Of a DNA stretch of 64,000 bases, positions 49,515 through 62,989 are shown piece after piece. The position numbers were made by a program, and so were the translations under genes. Position 1 is the first letter of the stretch. Each line of letters begins with the position of its first letter. Source of the stretch: Mobula hypostoma (lineage: Eukaryota); the NCBI RefSeq assembly GCF_963921235.1, contig NC_086097.1:82028001-82092000 (forward strand), written 5' to 3'. The notes below the pieces were generated by a model. It saw only the letters and a program-made list of their open reading frames with translations, made no database searches and was not told the DNA's origin.

Positions 49515-50654
49515 ATGATTTTGGTGCAAAATAGAATTAGCAGCTAAATTAAATTTGCACGTGTTTGAATAAGGGGGCCTCTTGTTTGAGAACATGCTGC
49601 ATTTTAGTTTCTTGTGAATATACTTTAAATTGAATAAATAACTAGAACTCTTTGCTTTGTCTATATGCACAATTTTATCACATTAAATACTTAGAGAATG
49701 CTCTCATTTGTTCACCACAATTGCTATTTTTTCTTAAAACCTACATTCTGAAAGTATCCAATTTAAAAGTAATAAGAAGACTACAAAAGGCCTGTTTCGT
49801 TTAACTCTAATTTACAACATCAGAGTAATGGTATGGAGACCCTGATTCAAATCCTAATGTGACAAGTGAATTCAGTTAATTCACTGAATAATACATAATT
49901 AAAAATACATATGACTAGAATCATTGAGTACTAAGGCACTGAATTGTTTTTAGAAAACATTCTGATTCATTAATGATTTTCAGCAAAGGAAACCCGCCAT
50001 TTCCTGGTCCAATTTACATTTGATTCCCCATTGATTGCAATCTAATTATTACTTAACTATCCTCTAAAAATGGCCAATCGCTTCCGTTAAAACACTAGCT
50101 TTCAGAACAACTGGATATGGTAATAATTGCTGTTTTTTTCCAGAAAACCACAGCCCATAAGTGACTAAAAAAATTAAAGTCAACCACAGTACACAAAAGA
50201 ACTTTTGTTTATTGAATAGAGTACCATTTCCAAAATATTTCCAAATAAAAATCTTACTCATTAATAATTCTGACAATAATAAGCTTGTTAAAAACCATTG
50301 AACTTACCACTGTTTTGCTGAAAAATGAAATAATTTAATTCTATATTATCGAACTGCACAAAGTATGAATCTTAAAAAAAAGTGCAATGCTGCAGATGTT
50401 GGTAATCCAAGATGAAAAATTCCACACATATACAGTTGGTCAGGTAGTATCCATTGAGATAAACTGTCAATTTTTCAAGCCAATGAGAACTATTCAGAAT
50501 GGAAAAAGTAGATTGACCTGAAAAACTTCTCTGCTTATTCCACAAATATGCCCTGACTTAATGGACAGATTCTAGCATTTTGTGTTTTGAGTTCAAAAAT
50601 CCTATGTTACATTTCCAATCTGGGAAAATGAATATCATCTTAACTAGCAGAAGA

Positions 50655-51610
50655 CAACATAGCAACCAGCACTGGGGCCCCACAGGGGACAGTCGTGGCT
50701 CCCTTCCTGTTTACCCTGTATACCTTGGACACTGATGCAACACTCAGTTATGCCATCTGCAGAAATTCTCTGATGACTCAGCAATAGTTGGGTGTATAAA
50801 GGGAGGATGGGAAATAGTGTCAAATGATGCAAGCTGAATCATCTGCAGCTCAACATTAGCAAGACAAAAGAGATGGTGATGGACTTTAGGAAGACTAGGA
50901 CTGCATTACTCCCTGTTGCTATTGATGGTGAGGACGTGGATGTGGTTAGGACCTATAAATACCTGGGGGTGCATCTGGACGGCAGATTGGAATGGAGCAC
51001 CAACAGAGGCTGTGTACAAGAAGGGCCAGAGTCGCTTCTACTTCCCAAGGATACTAAGTGCAATGTTGCAGACTGAGAGACTGAGACCGCAGGCGACTCC
51101 TTCACATGTTCTACCAGTCTATTGTCACGCCAGTACAATCTTCTAAGCGGTGGTGTGCTAGGGCAATGGTATCAACATGGGTGATGCCAACAGGCTCAAT
51201 AAACTAATTAGAAAGGCTGGCTCTGTTATAGGTGTCAAAATAGACACATTGGAGACTGTGGTAGAACAAAGGACTCTCCAGAAAATCCAGACGATTCTGG
51301 ACAATGTTTCTCACTCTCCGCATGCCACCTTAGCTGAACAGAGTACTTTCAGTAATACACTAAGACAACTGTACTGCTCCCAAGAGTGCTATACGAGGTC
51401 ATTCTTACCCTCAACCATTAGGCTCTATAATGAGTCAACCTATAGCCAGGGAAGAGATGACCCCCTCCAGTAGGACTGTTAGAGGCAACTTTTTTAAAAT
51501 TAATTATTTCTTACTTCTCTTCTATTATTTGTAAATTCATATATCTGTGCATACGTAATGCTACTGGAACACTAATTTCCTTTGGGATCAATAAAGTATG
51601 TAACTATCTA
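50655..51610 (+). mobile_element. Rex/Babar LINE RT 3' part, decayed
   Basis: STGAPQGTVVAPFLFTLYT, QKFSDDS, YKYLGVHLD, RSFLPSTIRLYN; AATAAA tail. Confidence 0.85.
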
Positions 51611-52379
51611 GTAAGGCTTTACCAAAATAATCCAGGGTTAGCAGCGGGTCAAATGATGTATTTAAATGTACACATTGCGTCGATTTTCTCAAGATTAACT
51701 AAAATCTATTTGTAAAACATATGAGAAATTAATATGCTAAAGTGTTCTATTACAATTGATACACTAGCATCCATCTGACTGTGTGGAAAATTATTCACAT
51801 GTCCAGTCACAGTAAGCTGGAAAAATACAATCTGGCTGATAACTACCCAATCAGTCTACTCTCAAATATCAAAGTGACAGACATCAACATCAAGCACTGG
51901 ATGCTGTGTTGTATTATGAAGCTGTACTTACTCAGGCCCAGAATAGATTTTGCAAGGCATACTCAACTTCAGACCCAACTTTGCTTCAAACTCCTAAGGT
52001 GAGATGGGGATTTTGACCCATGACACCAGAACAGCAGTTAATTGAAGGTGGCATTAGAAATATTGATCAGTGGATGATACCAAAGAGTTGAGGTGATCCA
52101 TTGCACAAAACAAGCCAGTCACGATTTTTAAACACCTCAGGCTTCACAGATCATGATCTCAGTGTAGAATATTATAGACCCAATCATCTTCAGTAGCTAA
52201 CTCCCATCACAAGGTGAAAAAGTGGGGTAGGTTTCATTCCATTGACAATTCTTCAGCAATGAGACATCACATGCCTACATGCATGAAGAATTAGACAACC
52301 CTCAGGCACAGGCTGATGTCAGACAAAGTATTCATGCCACAGAAGCGTCAGACAATGATTATGTCCAACAAAAGAGGAG

Positions 52380-53090
52380 AGAAAATCCAAAAATGCAAAG
52401 GGATTTAAGAGTCCCTGTGAAGAACACCCTAAAGGTTAACTTACAGGTTGAGTCAGTAGTGAGGAAATTAAATGCATATGTTAGCATTCATTTCATATTC
52501 TAGAGCTCTAGAATATAAGAGCAGAGATGTGATGCTGAGGCTTTAAAGGCACTGGTGAAGCCTCACCTTGAATATTGTGAACAACTTTGGGCTCTTTAAG
52601 AAAAGATGTGCTGGCATTGGAGAGCATTCAGAGAAGGTTCACAAGGGTGATTCTGGGAATGAAAGGGTTATCATATGAGGAATATTTGATGGCTCTGGGT
52701 CTGTAGTCGCTGGAATTTAGAAGGATGGGGGGGGAATCTCTTTGAAACCTTTCGAATATTGAAAGGCCTAGGCAGAGTAGATGTGGAAGGGATGTTTCGC
52801 ATGGTGGAGGAGTCTAGGACTAGAGAGCACAGACTCAGGATAGAAGGGTGTCGGTTTAAAGCAGATGTGAGAAATTTCTTAAGCCAGAGAGTGGTGAATT
52901 TGTGAAATTTGTTACTATGGGTAGGCTGTGGAGGCCAGATTGATAGGTTCTTGATTCACCATGGCATCAAAGGTTACTGGGAGAAGCCCAGAGTGTGGGT
53001 CTGAGGAGGGGAAAAAAGGATCAGCCAGTATTGAATGGCAGAGCAGACTCGATAGGCCAGGTCTAATTCTGCTCCTATGTCTTATGGTCC
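52380..53090 (+). mobile_element. CR1 3' fragment nested in an older LINE remnant (51780-53420)
   Basis: QRDLRVPVKNTLKVNLQVESVVRK; CR1 3' UTR. Confidence 0.75.
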
Positions 53091-53449
53091 ATCCAACCGT
53101 ACCTGACATTCAATGACATGACCTCTGCAGATACCCCATTAACGATGGTGTTGCTGTTGACCATAGACCTCAGCTGGATCATCCAAATAAATACCATGTT
53201 CCTTAGTGCAGGTCAGGGACTAGTAGTAAATTACTCATCTCCTGACAACCCCAAAGCCTTCCCACCATCTACACAGCACGAGCCAAAGGTATGATGGCAA
53301 ATTATTGTGCATTATAGGAATCCCTATACTAGAAGGAATAGAGCAATTCAAGATGCTAGCTCACCTCCATCTACAAGGGCAATCAGGGATGGGCATAAAT
53401 GATAACCAGTGATGCCCAAAACCTGATAAGTTAACAACAAATAAGAGGT

Positions 53450-54365
53450 GATGAATCCCCAGGACCCAATAAACCATATCCCAAGGTCTGAAAGAAATGT
53501 GAAGGAAATAAAGACTGTCATCTTCTTAATTTTACAGGTTATACAGAGGTTCTCACAGAAGGGAATGCAGCAAATGTAATCCCATTATTTAAGAGAGCGA
53601 GAACACAAATCAGCTAGTCCAGCATCAATAAAAACAAAAGATCTATTATTAACAAAGTGGTAACAGAACCCTAATAAAAACGTTGGGCAGGGTCAACATG
53701 GTTTTTATGCAAGAGAAATTATGTTTGACAACTATTACAGTTCAATTTTCTAACTTGCAGAATAACTGCAGAGGCCAATGAATATGATGTATTTAAACAT
53801 TCTGCACCTCAGTAAAGTGTCATACAAAAGGTTATGAAACCAAACTAGAATGAAGAGGATTGCCAGTAACATTTTAGCAAGGACTGAAGATTATCTGATA
53901 GACATAAAACAACTGTAATAAGCAGGGTGTTACAGAAATCATTTCCAGCTCCTAGCAATCTATGTTAACGATATGGATGAAGGGATCAGGTGTTGTTGAT
54001 AACTGAAACCTGGGTGGTAGAGGAGGATGCAATGGAACTTTGCGGGGGGGAGGGGGGGGGCTGCAAAAATAGTATGTGAGTATAACAAGGGCACATCCTG
54101 CTATTAGGAGGGTGGATGATTGTGAAGAAATCTCCAAACCATTGAAGAAACCAGATGAAAGAGCATTTAGAATTCTCTAGCTAATAGGACTTGAAGCTCA
54201 GTCACTTAGAATATTCACATATCTATAGTTCTTTTGGTTAGTAAGGGAATAAACACAGGTAGGGATAATACTGGGAAGTCATGCTGAAGGAGGATATTGT
54301 CTGATCTTCATAGATAATGGGATTGGTATGAAGGGTGGAGTAATCTACTCCTGCTTCCATTTCCT
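53450..54365 (+). mobile_element. Old CR1 remnant
   Basis: Degenerate ESPGP, ANVIPLFK and QHGF segments, and a 3' UTR. Confidence 0.55.
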
Positions 54366-55706
54366 ACTTTTTTTTACGCTACACAAAATGTTGGTGATTG
54401 CATACAACTATCAAATTGTGATTGATGTTATTTTATCATTGCAAGTTCATCCTTGATATTTAAAATTAAGATGTAAGCCCTTTGCAAACATAATTGGAAT
54501 TCAAAAACCAAAAAGTTACATTTTACTTTAATGCACCTTCCATTAGTTGCTCTAATGAACAAGTTTACAAAACTTTACAAAATTGAAAGTAAAGCATGGT
54601 GTTTACAGATAAATGTTCAAAAAAATCCATTTAAAAATTCACTTTCTATCTCAGTTCTAATCCCTTTAAAAATACATAGATGATTTACTGCTTGTAGGAA
54701 CTTTAATTTTGATGGCATATAAACCAAAATTTTCTTGATATTTGGAGAGATTTCAGAGAACAGTTCCTCATTTTTAAGATCAACTAAGGTTACCCAGCCA
54801 ACAACATCATATGCCCACACAGAGATAATGTGAGTTTAATATTTATTTTAATATTTATATCTGCAACCAAACAGTTCAAAATAAATTTAAAAGCAGGAAG
54901 ACCTGAGCACTGTAATTACTACATCTGCCAATGCAGAAAATGCAGTGGTTAATGCAATTTCCCAATTAGTTATGGAGAGGGGGAAATATTATTGTTGTAA
55001 AAACATAGCCATCACAGTGAATTTCCTTTCCATGGGTTACCTGCATCGATATTATTTCAGCCATAATTGGAATGTTCTGTCTATCCCGCTGACTGAGTTA
55101 AGACCATAAGACCTGAAGGCATAGGAGCACAATTAGGCCATTCAGCCCATTGTATCTTCTCTACCATTCCATCATGGTTGATTTACTATCCCTCTCAAAC
55201 CCATTCTTTTGCCTTCTCCCTGTAATCTTTGACACCTTTACTAATCATGAACGCGGCTGCTTTGAAACGAGAACTGTTGATAGCGCTTCTCTGATGCTTT
55301 TGCCCTTTGTTGTACAGTTCTGATTATGTGAAATATTATATGAACCATACCAAACAATACAATCAAGCAGTCACTAAGCTTCTATCTTATCTTTGTCTGA
55401 CAAATAGCTTTGCATGCTTCAATTACTAAACAATGCTGGGCCACTCCTAAAGGTTTTGAAAACAATAAATTGCTTTGCCTTCTCTGGCATGGTTTCTGCA
55501 TGTGACAATCACTTTGTAACTGTTTATTCTTTCATTTAAACCCATCCAAAAATTATGTTACTAAAAGCAAAACATATCACATACTACTCAACGTAACATT
55601 ATCTTTTTTTGTAACACTGGCCTTTTTTTTAAATGGCAAGCAAAAAGAACTGCTTCCAAAATAGTGAAAATTCAGGCAAAATGGAAAGCTCAAAGAAAAA
55701 AAAAAC

Positions 55707-55712
55707 TTTATT
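55707..55712 (-). terminator. Candidate FNTB polyadenylation signal
   Basis: AATAAA on - about 345 nt after the stop, followed by a U-rich tract; alternatives at 55523-28 and 54842-47. Confidence 0.4.
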
Positions 55713-56057
55713 GTGACATTGATAAATTATTTCTGAAAACAGTGAAGAGCACCGTGCTCTAGTCACACTAAAACTATTCACTTTTCTGAGAGATGATGTT
55801 GTGAGAACAGGAACATTTACAGATAATAGTCTCTGATATTTCAGTTCTCAGGAGCAAGTTGCCTGAATGTAAACTGGACTAGGTAGCCATACTATATGCA
55901 GTTCCAATGGCTTTTATCCTTGTTGCAAGAAGCAAAATGCTTCATATTAGAATGTGCTCCACGTTGAACATTTTACTTTGAAAAACATAATTCTTTGGAC
56001 TTGGGATACACAATTAGTATTTGGAAATTTATTTATATCGAATGCATAGTGAATTTA

Positions 56058-56159
56058 TTAAGAATTATTCTTCATCTGTGGAACTGGTAGCTTGAGAAAG
56101 TGCATTATAGCTTGTGCTACTTTTTCAGGACCGATGTTGTATACAGGATGGGTTGGTTC
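56058..56159 (-). CDS. FNTB: FNTB terminal coding exon
   Basis: ctctcctccag|GAA...; EPTHPVYNIGPEKVAQAIMHFLKLPVPQMKNNS*. Confidence 0.95.
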   Translation of the reverse strand, partial: EPTHPVYNIGPEKVAQAIMHFLKLPVPQMKNNS

Positions 56160-56729
56160 CTGGAGGAGAGAAGACAATTTATAAAATGTATAAGACTGCG
56201 ACTGAAATTTGATTAATATTTTGTATGAACAAAAAGTTAATTTGTATCTAGTCTACACTGAATGGGACTAATTATTACTTGCCTATGAAATTTTAACAAT
56301 TGTATAAAAGCTGGCAACATAAACAACTCAAATACATCCATGAAGCTATCCACAAAGAAAAAAAAAATCAACGACATTCAACATAAATATTTTGACAAAT
56401 GAGGCAAAATTATTAAATTGTTATGATTGTGCAAAATAATTTGAACTGCACATTACTCCAGTAAATTATTGACAAATTCCTGTAATTTCTATTGGTAAAC
56501 TGCAATTGCCACATAACCTTTTCAAAAGATGTAACCTCTAAATGATTATTAGTGCTTATCTCAAACACAAGAACTGTACTGGAGGGCAAACTATGCGTAG
56601 ATCATAAACAATGCAAAGTAATTTGGGGAGATTCAGCATGTTGCTGAGGCTTGCAATTCTTAGTTCAATGTCAAATTTCAAACATAACTGCAAAACAAAA
56701 TTTCTATTCAAAATTTCACAATGAGAAAA

Positions 56730-57475
56730 TAGCTGAGATTCCCTTAATTTATTTGAGACACTACGCCGCGTAATTGGAACAGGAGACTGTTGCCGAACAT
56801 TTCCTAACTAGTGTCAGTCATGTGCATGTTGTGTGGCCGTGAGACAATACACCGTGCTTAGAGCAAACAGTTTTTAAATAGCATCACTTGCATGCATGTG
56901 TTCAAAAAGCAGTCATTTTTGTTGCTGATTGCTGGCGAGTAATAAACAGTAAGATAATTCAGAGCAGTTTGGCTCACTGCGGTTTCAAGCATTCAGGATT
57001 GGAGATGCCAGAAACAGCCGGGAGTGAAAATGAAACGATTTCATTACTTCACAAGTTAGGAACTAGAAAGAATTTGAAGATATTGACAATCGTCTAGTAT
57101 ACTACAATTAGAATGAAGATCTGGAGGAGGTTATCGTCAAAAGCACTGTTTGAAGGCAGTCCACTCATCTGTAATAGGAACCTGCGCTGATTTAGTTCAT
57201 TTACAGTCAATCAAAAGAACATATCAGCGTACACTGGATTAATTCCTCCATTGATAACAATTAGGAATGAATACACAGTTTTATAGTACTATAGTAGTTT
57301 TGGTAGTTTCTAATTTATTCTGCATTTCATTTAAATACATAATTTGCTACTCAGGTTAAAAGGCAGTTTGTCTTTTTTTATACCTTTTTAACTATTTCTA
57401 TGAAACTTTGACTAATTGGGGTAGTTGCTTAATAGGGCCAAATGTACTGGTCCTGATGTGTCCCAATTAACTGTA
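56730..57475 (+). mobile_element. Tigger/pogo-derived non-autonomous element in an FNTB intron
   Basis: QKAVIFVADCWRVINSKIIQSSLAHCGF resembles the Tigger transposase C-terminus; GTCCCAATTAA-type terminal motifs. Confidence 0.6.
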
Positions 57476-57535
57476 CTTTATAAATGAACCCCTAAAGGAC
57501 GGTTGCTTAGTTCTCCCACATTCCTTCTTGCTTAC

Positions 57536-57650
57536 CAGCCTGTTTTTTTTGTCACCCACAATGGTTTCATGCAGAAGTTCTCCACCAGCAAAATGCTGTG
57601 CCACTGAAAGACCACTTAAACAATAGCAGGTATGGTAAAAATCTCTTGAT
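57536..57650 (-). CDS. FNTB: FNTB coding exon (zinc-ligand His motif DFYH)
   Basis: catattag|A TCA...AGGCTG|gtaagc; 115 nt; SRDFYHTCYCLSGLSVAQHFAGGELLHETIVGDKKNRL. Confidence 0.96.
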
Positions 57651-58489
57651 CTAATATGGGAAAAATATGACAAGTGTCAATATGAAATAATATCATTTAT
57701 TATCCAAAAAATCAGAAGAACAGACAACATTCAAAAACTGCAATCAAAGAAATTATATTGTATATTCTAAATTGTAGTACTTACTCAGCTTCACCAATTT
57801 GCCAGTGAAATAAAATACTTAAGTATTTTGGAAGCTATCAAAACGTGCACGCAATCTAAAATAGTGTGATAGACTAGTATTCATGAATGCATGTTTGTGT
57901 TTACCAACAGGGAATATTCAAACCTTGCTTCATAGAGTCCTTATAAACTTATGAAGCTGGCGGCTCCCTCAATCGCAGTGGCCTCTTTGGTCCAAACAAA
58001 GGTTTTGTGTGATTGCAAGACACTGCTGAAAAAAAATGCTGTGACTGTATGTTTTTCTGCTATTGTAATTATATGTGCTGTGTGCGATTGCTGATACAGT
58101 GTTTTGCACCTTAGCCCCAGAGGAACACTTTCATTTGGCTGTATCCATGTGCATGGGTGAATGACAATTAAACCTGAATGTGAATTTATGCATTTTGTTT
58201 GCTACAAGATAAATGCCCCACTTCAAAAATAATGCTCAGATATACAGTACTAAGTCAGCAAAATGTTAAACTGCTCTTCCCTTATAGTTTCTAGATTCTT
58301 CTGCACAATTCGAGGTCTCTTATACATTTGTTGATTCCATTACCAAGTCGAATTTTCTGCCTCCATGAGAATTACACCTTTTGAAAGCATTCTCCATTTT
58401 ATCATTTTCTTTCAATCAGCAGAAACTGCAAGATAAACTGCAGCCTCATAAGGTTGAGTTAGAATGTACCATACAAAATTACCACTCAC

Positions 58490-58601
58490 TTGCCAGGTTT
58501 ATCCAACAATCCTCCAGTGGAATTCTGACAACAGAGTAAGATGTACTCTTGAAGCGCTTCCTGATGAAACATCCAGTGTGTCATACTGAGAGCATCTTTC
58601 C
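58490..58601 (-). CDS. FNTB: FNTB coding exon
   Basis: ttttatag|GG AAA...GGC AA|gtgagt; 112 nt; (G)KDALSMTHWMFHQEALQEYILLCCQNSTGGLLDKPG(K). Confidence 0.96.
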
Positions 58602-59458
58602 CTATAAAAGCATTACAATAGAACAGCATTAGCTCACAGAGCTGGAGGAGCAAGAGGACTGAATTTGATAACCTAGAGATTTAAAACTGAGAAATGAATG
58701 GAACGGGGTTTCAGAAACAGACAGGACAAACTTCCACTTCATAATCTTCAGCTCCTTTCTTGTTTTTGCCCCCATTGTTTAAGTTCCACGAATCTCAGGT
58801 GATCCAAAACATTAATATCCACATTCTGCCTCAAAGTCATGTTCAAACATCAGCTTTATCTTCACTCAGTATTCATCCTCATATTCTACTTCTCTAGCAG
58901 TCTCAAATTGTAAATATTTTTGTTTTGAAAAGCCGCTCATGGCTTTGCATTATCCATTACTCTTCTAGAGTTCCAAGCACATTCTCTGCAGTTTCTTCCA
59001 CATGCCCATCCAACTCTTTAAAGGCAGCCTTCTCATCTCCCTCAACAAACCTGCATCAACCACATGCTTCTAGGAAATGCCTTACAATCGCAAGATTGAC
59101 TGCTTATTTTCACAAAGGAATATACTTTCAAAATGGGTGTCATTTGATTATTCTACTTCCAGCAAATATCAAAACCATGCTTCAAAGTTTTTCTTTAGCT
59201 CATTCGACAAACAGTGCTAGAAATGAATTACTTAGATGATAAATTGTAATTTTTTCTTTCCAGATGATGTGTACCACACTAAATTGCCAGTGAGTAAACA
59301 GCAAATAATAATTTAAAGCAAACATACTCCGTATACTCAATAGATCAGGTTCAAGTTCTCTTTCTTGATATTTTAGAAATTGAGATTTGCCTATTTGATA
59401 TGAAAATTAACTGCAATAAATAAAAGCACATAATATTTAACTGGTGCTTTGCACGTAC

Positions 59459-59591
59459 CCTCCGCATGTAGTGCACGGTGTAGAAGTGGCAAGAGTCCAG
59501 CCTGCCAGAATGAGTAACAACCATCCACCAACTTGTTGCATCGACCTTGAAATCCACCTTCAAACCGCATTTGCCGACTTGTCACCCAGCG
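59459..59591 (-). CDS. FNTB: FNTB coding exon (zinc ligands in DGCY)
   Basis: ttcatacag|CGC...GAG G|gtacgt; 133 nt; RWVTSRQMRFEGGFQGRCNKLVDGCYSFWQAGLLPLLHRALHAE; upstream exons lie outside the window. Confidence 0.97.
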
Positions 59592-59830
59592 CTGTATGAA
59601 TTACAGAAATACAGTTTAGACCAGAAAAGTAGCATTGTTAATATCACATCATTTTATGCAAGTTAATATCTTTAGACTAATTCTCGTTATGAATTATCAA
59701 ATAAAAGAAATTAAGTAATTGCACACCTGTCCTTTATTTACTACCTTCTCAGCTCCTTGTGCAGTACAAGAGTAATCAATCAAATTCATTGTCAATACAT
59801 CACAGAATTACTTTGATTTCACAATGCATA

Positions 59831-60350
59831 CAGTACTGTGCAAAAGTCTTAAGACACATAAATATAGCTAGGGTGCCAAAGAGTTTTGCACAGTACTGTA
59901 TCTGTCAACGTGGAGTGGAGAGCAAGTTTGTAAATCTGGCGAGAGCAAAGGATGTTGGGAATGGAGAGGGTGGAACACCATGGGAGGGGTGTGGGACAGG
60001 TGGCAGAGGAATGCCAGAGGCGGGGGAAGCTGTGGATGCAGACACATCAGACTTAAGACACCAGGAAAGGTTATTTGAATCCAAACAATTGGTTTATTGA
60101 TTATTAAAGCATGCCTCTCTCTCTTCCCATTTTCCCAACCATGATTCCCCTCTCCCTGCCCCCTTCCCACTCTCAGTCCACAACAGAGATCCATATCAGA
60201 ATAAGGTTTACCATCACCAACATATGTCATGAAATTTGCTTCTTTTTTGTGTCAGCAGTACAGTACAATACATAAAATTACTACAGTACTGTGGAAAAGT
60301 CTTAGGCACTCTAGTTAAATATATGTGCCTAAGACTTTTGCACAGTACTG
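59831..60350. mobile_element. Composite element bounded by two inverted Tc1 mini-MITEs (59831-59898, 60284-60350)
   Basis: Each mini-MITE has the TIR CAGTACTGTG[C/G]AAAAGTCTTA; TA flanks; the TIR matches the Tc1 end at 10560-10583. Confidence 0.8.
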
Positions 60351-60589
60351 CACAAAGTTCAAATTTAGAGACAATTTTCAAACTAATAGCCCTTTTACTT
60401 ACTTTCACACAAATTAACATAAAGCTACAGCCTATATTAACAGCTGTTAAAAAAGTTACAACATACCACAAGTGTGCATATATTCATCAATAAAGAATGT
60501 ATTCATAGGTTTTCTTTTCTCTGGAAAAGAGAAATCTGACTAGTAACATAATAAAGATCTTGATGGTCATGAATAGGTTTGATGGAATA

Positions 60590-61130
60590 CTAGACTGGGA
60601 GAAGGATGCAGAGAAGCTTCAGGAAGATATGGATTAGGTGACTGGGCGAAGACATGGCACTTGAAATCATGCACAAAAATGTGTACTCATCCAATCTGGT
60701 AGATCAATTGCTTTTCTTTGAAAATGGTTAGAGACTGATGTTCAAGCTCAGAGGGTCTCAAGGACCCTTGAATGCTAATGAAAGTCGACATGTAGGGACA
60801 GCAGGCAATTATGAAAGCAAACATGTTGCTCTTTACTGCATGAGCATGAAGACAAAAGTTGGGATTTCTTCTTCATTTCTGTAGCGCCTGAGTGAGACGA
60901 CATCAAGGACACCATGAGCCAAACTGATCTTCCTGTCAAAGCAAGCATACTTTAAGTAGAGGGAGTGTTCAGCAGATTGATTACTGGAATAGCAGGTTTG
61001 TCATGGGAGGAGAAATAAAACTACTGAGACTATAATCTCAAATTTGGAAGAACAAGAGCCAATTACACTGAAGCGTGATAAGGTAGGGATGAAGTTTCTG
61101 CTAACTAACAAGAGTAGGACCACTTGTCAG
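60590..61130 (+). mobile_element. Old CR1 remnant
   Basis: EDAEKLQEDMD..LGDWAKTWHL-like degenerate RT C-terminus. Confidence 0.5.
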
Positions 61131-61280
61131 TCTTAAAGGAGGATCCATTGTTGATGTCTGCATCTGTGTGAAGCAGCATACCACAGTGTCTGTCATATCA
61201 TAGTGGAAGACTTTAATCAGGCGAGGTGGAAGTCTCTGTTTAACTACTTTCAACAAATCACCTGCAACACTAGAGGGCTC

Positions 61281-61630
61281 AGTAGTAGTGCGATCACTCG
61301 AGTCGAGTATGATGTTCTCCTAAGGATGTGTCCTTAGGTGGCTGTAGAGGCCAATCCAGGACCCATATATTCCCGTGCAATGTGGGAAAGGGTAAATGGT
61401 GGTTGTGGTTAGTGGTGTTTTTTTTTGGTTTTTCAGTCTCTCCTTTCATAGCTGCCACTAGGACACAACAGAGATCGTTCTCATGTAGCACAGCTCTCTC
61501 CGGAACATTTTTCTTTCAGGTGTATATATTGAGTTCAACTTCTTCCCAGATTTTAGCTGTAATGTTGAGTTTCTTTAGACTAATTTTGATGTTATCTTTG
61601 AACTATTTCCTTTGCCCACCAGGGGCTTGT
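61281..61630 (-). mobile_element. RTE-clade LINE 3' end nested in a Rex/Babar endonuclease remnant (about 61150-62060, +)
   Basis: Minus strand gives PHCTGIYGSWIGLYSHLRTH (RTE C-terminal zinc-finger-like motif) and a (CTA)n tail; flanks give IIVEDFNQA and QDCFES. Confidence 0.7.
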
Positions 61631-62989
61631 TGACCTTCCTTCAACTGAGTGAAGGATCTGTTAGGGGAGAGGTGAATTATGGCCTATCCATCAGCATTGG
61701 TATTACAAATACCACTGATATACTACCAACAATAATGCCAACATTCCATCCATCACCCTCACGTTGTTGCAGGCTGTACTTCTTGGACCTATGTGCAGAG
61801 TGAACAGCATAGAGTTGGATGGCAGAGGTGAATGAGTGAATTCAGGACTGCTTTGAGTCGGTGACTGGACCATGTTCAACAATTCATCAATGAATGCAAA
61901 TGAATATGCTGCAGTCACCACTGATTATGAAGACATAATCCAAGTGACTATAATCCATCCTGATGAGATCAATACATTGTATGCACACTTTGATAGAGAT
62001 AACGCTGACATACCTGCATGCATTCCACATCTCCAGACAACCCTGTAATCTCAGTCTAAGGTCAAGGGCTGAATGGGTTAAAACAATAAGGATAAATGTA
62101 AAATTGAGGAAATACCAGATACGTATTGGTTAGGGGCAGCAAGAGACATCACACCCTTCACATGCTTCTTTTTTTTCTTTACTTTAACTCTGTTACCATT
62201 GCTGGTGAAATGCTGATATTGTTTTACTCTTCATAAAAGTTCTTGAGTAGTCCTGCATTCTGCTATTCAGTCTTCCTGCATCAGAATTTCCATAATAACC
62301 CGCCAATCGCTGAAAAGTCAACTCCACTTTAAATTCTTCAACTGTTGACACTGAAGCCACATTTGAAAACTAAGCCTTCCTGGATCTCCTCCTGCCAACT
62401 TCAATGGAAACAGACCATTTAAAATGCTTTTCTCCCATGCTTTCCAAATGAGTCTGCATGTTACTGTAGCTGTGGTCTGAATAGTTTCAATTAATGATCT
62501 TCACTATGATCAAAAAGACAGTGTTGAGGATGCCCAGCTAACTAGCTAACAGGTCATAGAAAAACAACTTGTGCAGAGATTGTTAAATGTTACTTCAGCG
62601 TCATTTATTTTACAACTGAACTTCCAGGGCAATTGAATTTCATAAATAAACTTAAATGTTGAAGATTGCAATTTAGACTTACAAGCTAGGTGGTGCTATA
62701 CCTCTATGCAATACCAATAATTCAAACTTGCTGTATACATTTTGTAACTTGCATATCATTGGTACAGTTTATAAAACTGATTTTATGACTGGATAAATCA
62801 TCTTTAATTCCATAACTAAATTATTTGGAAGTAAAAACAATCTTCCAAAAATAATTTAGGCATTTCAAGTAACATTAATGCACAACTGAGATCAATGATT
62901 CAACATTGTTAGAAGTAGTGCTTAGAAAATTAAACATTTTTTATGATTTCAGAAATAATTATACTGCAGCCTCCATGAGTTAGATGAAA

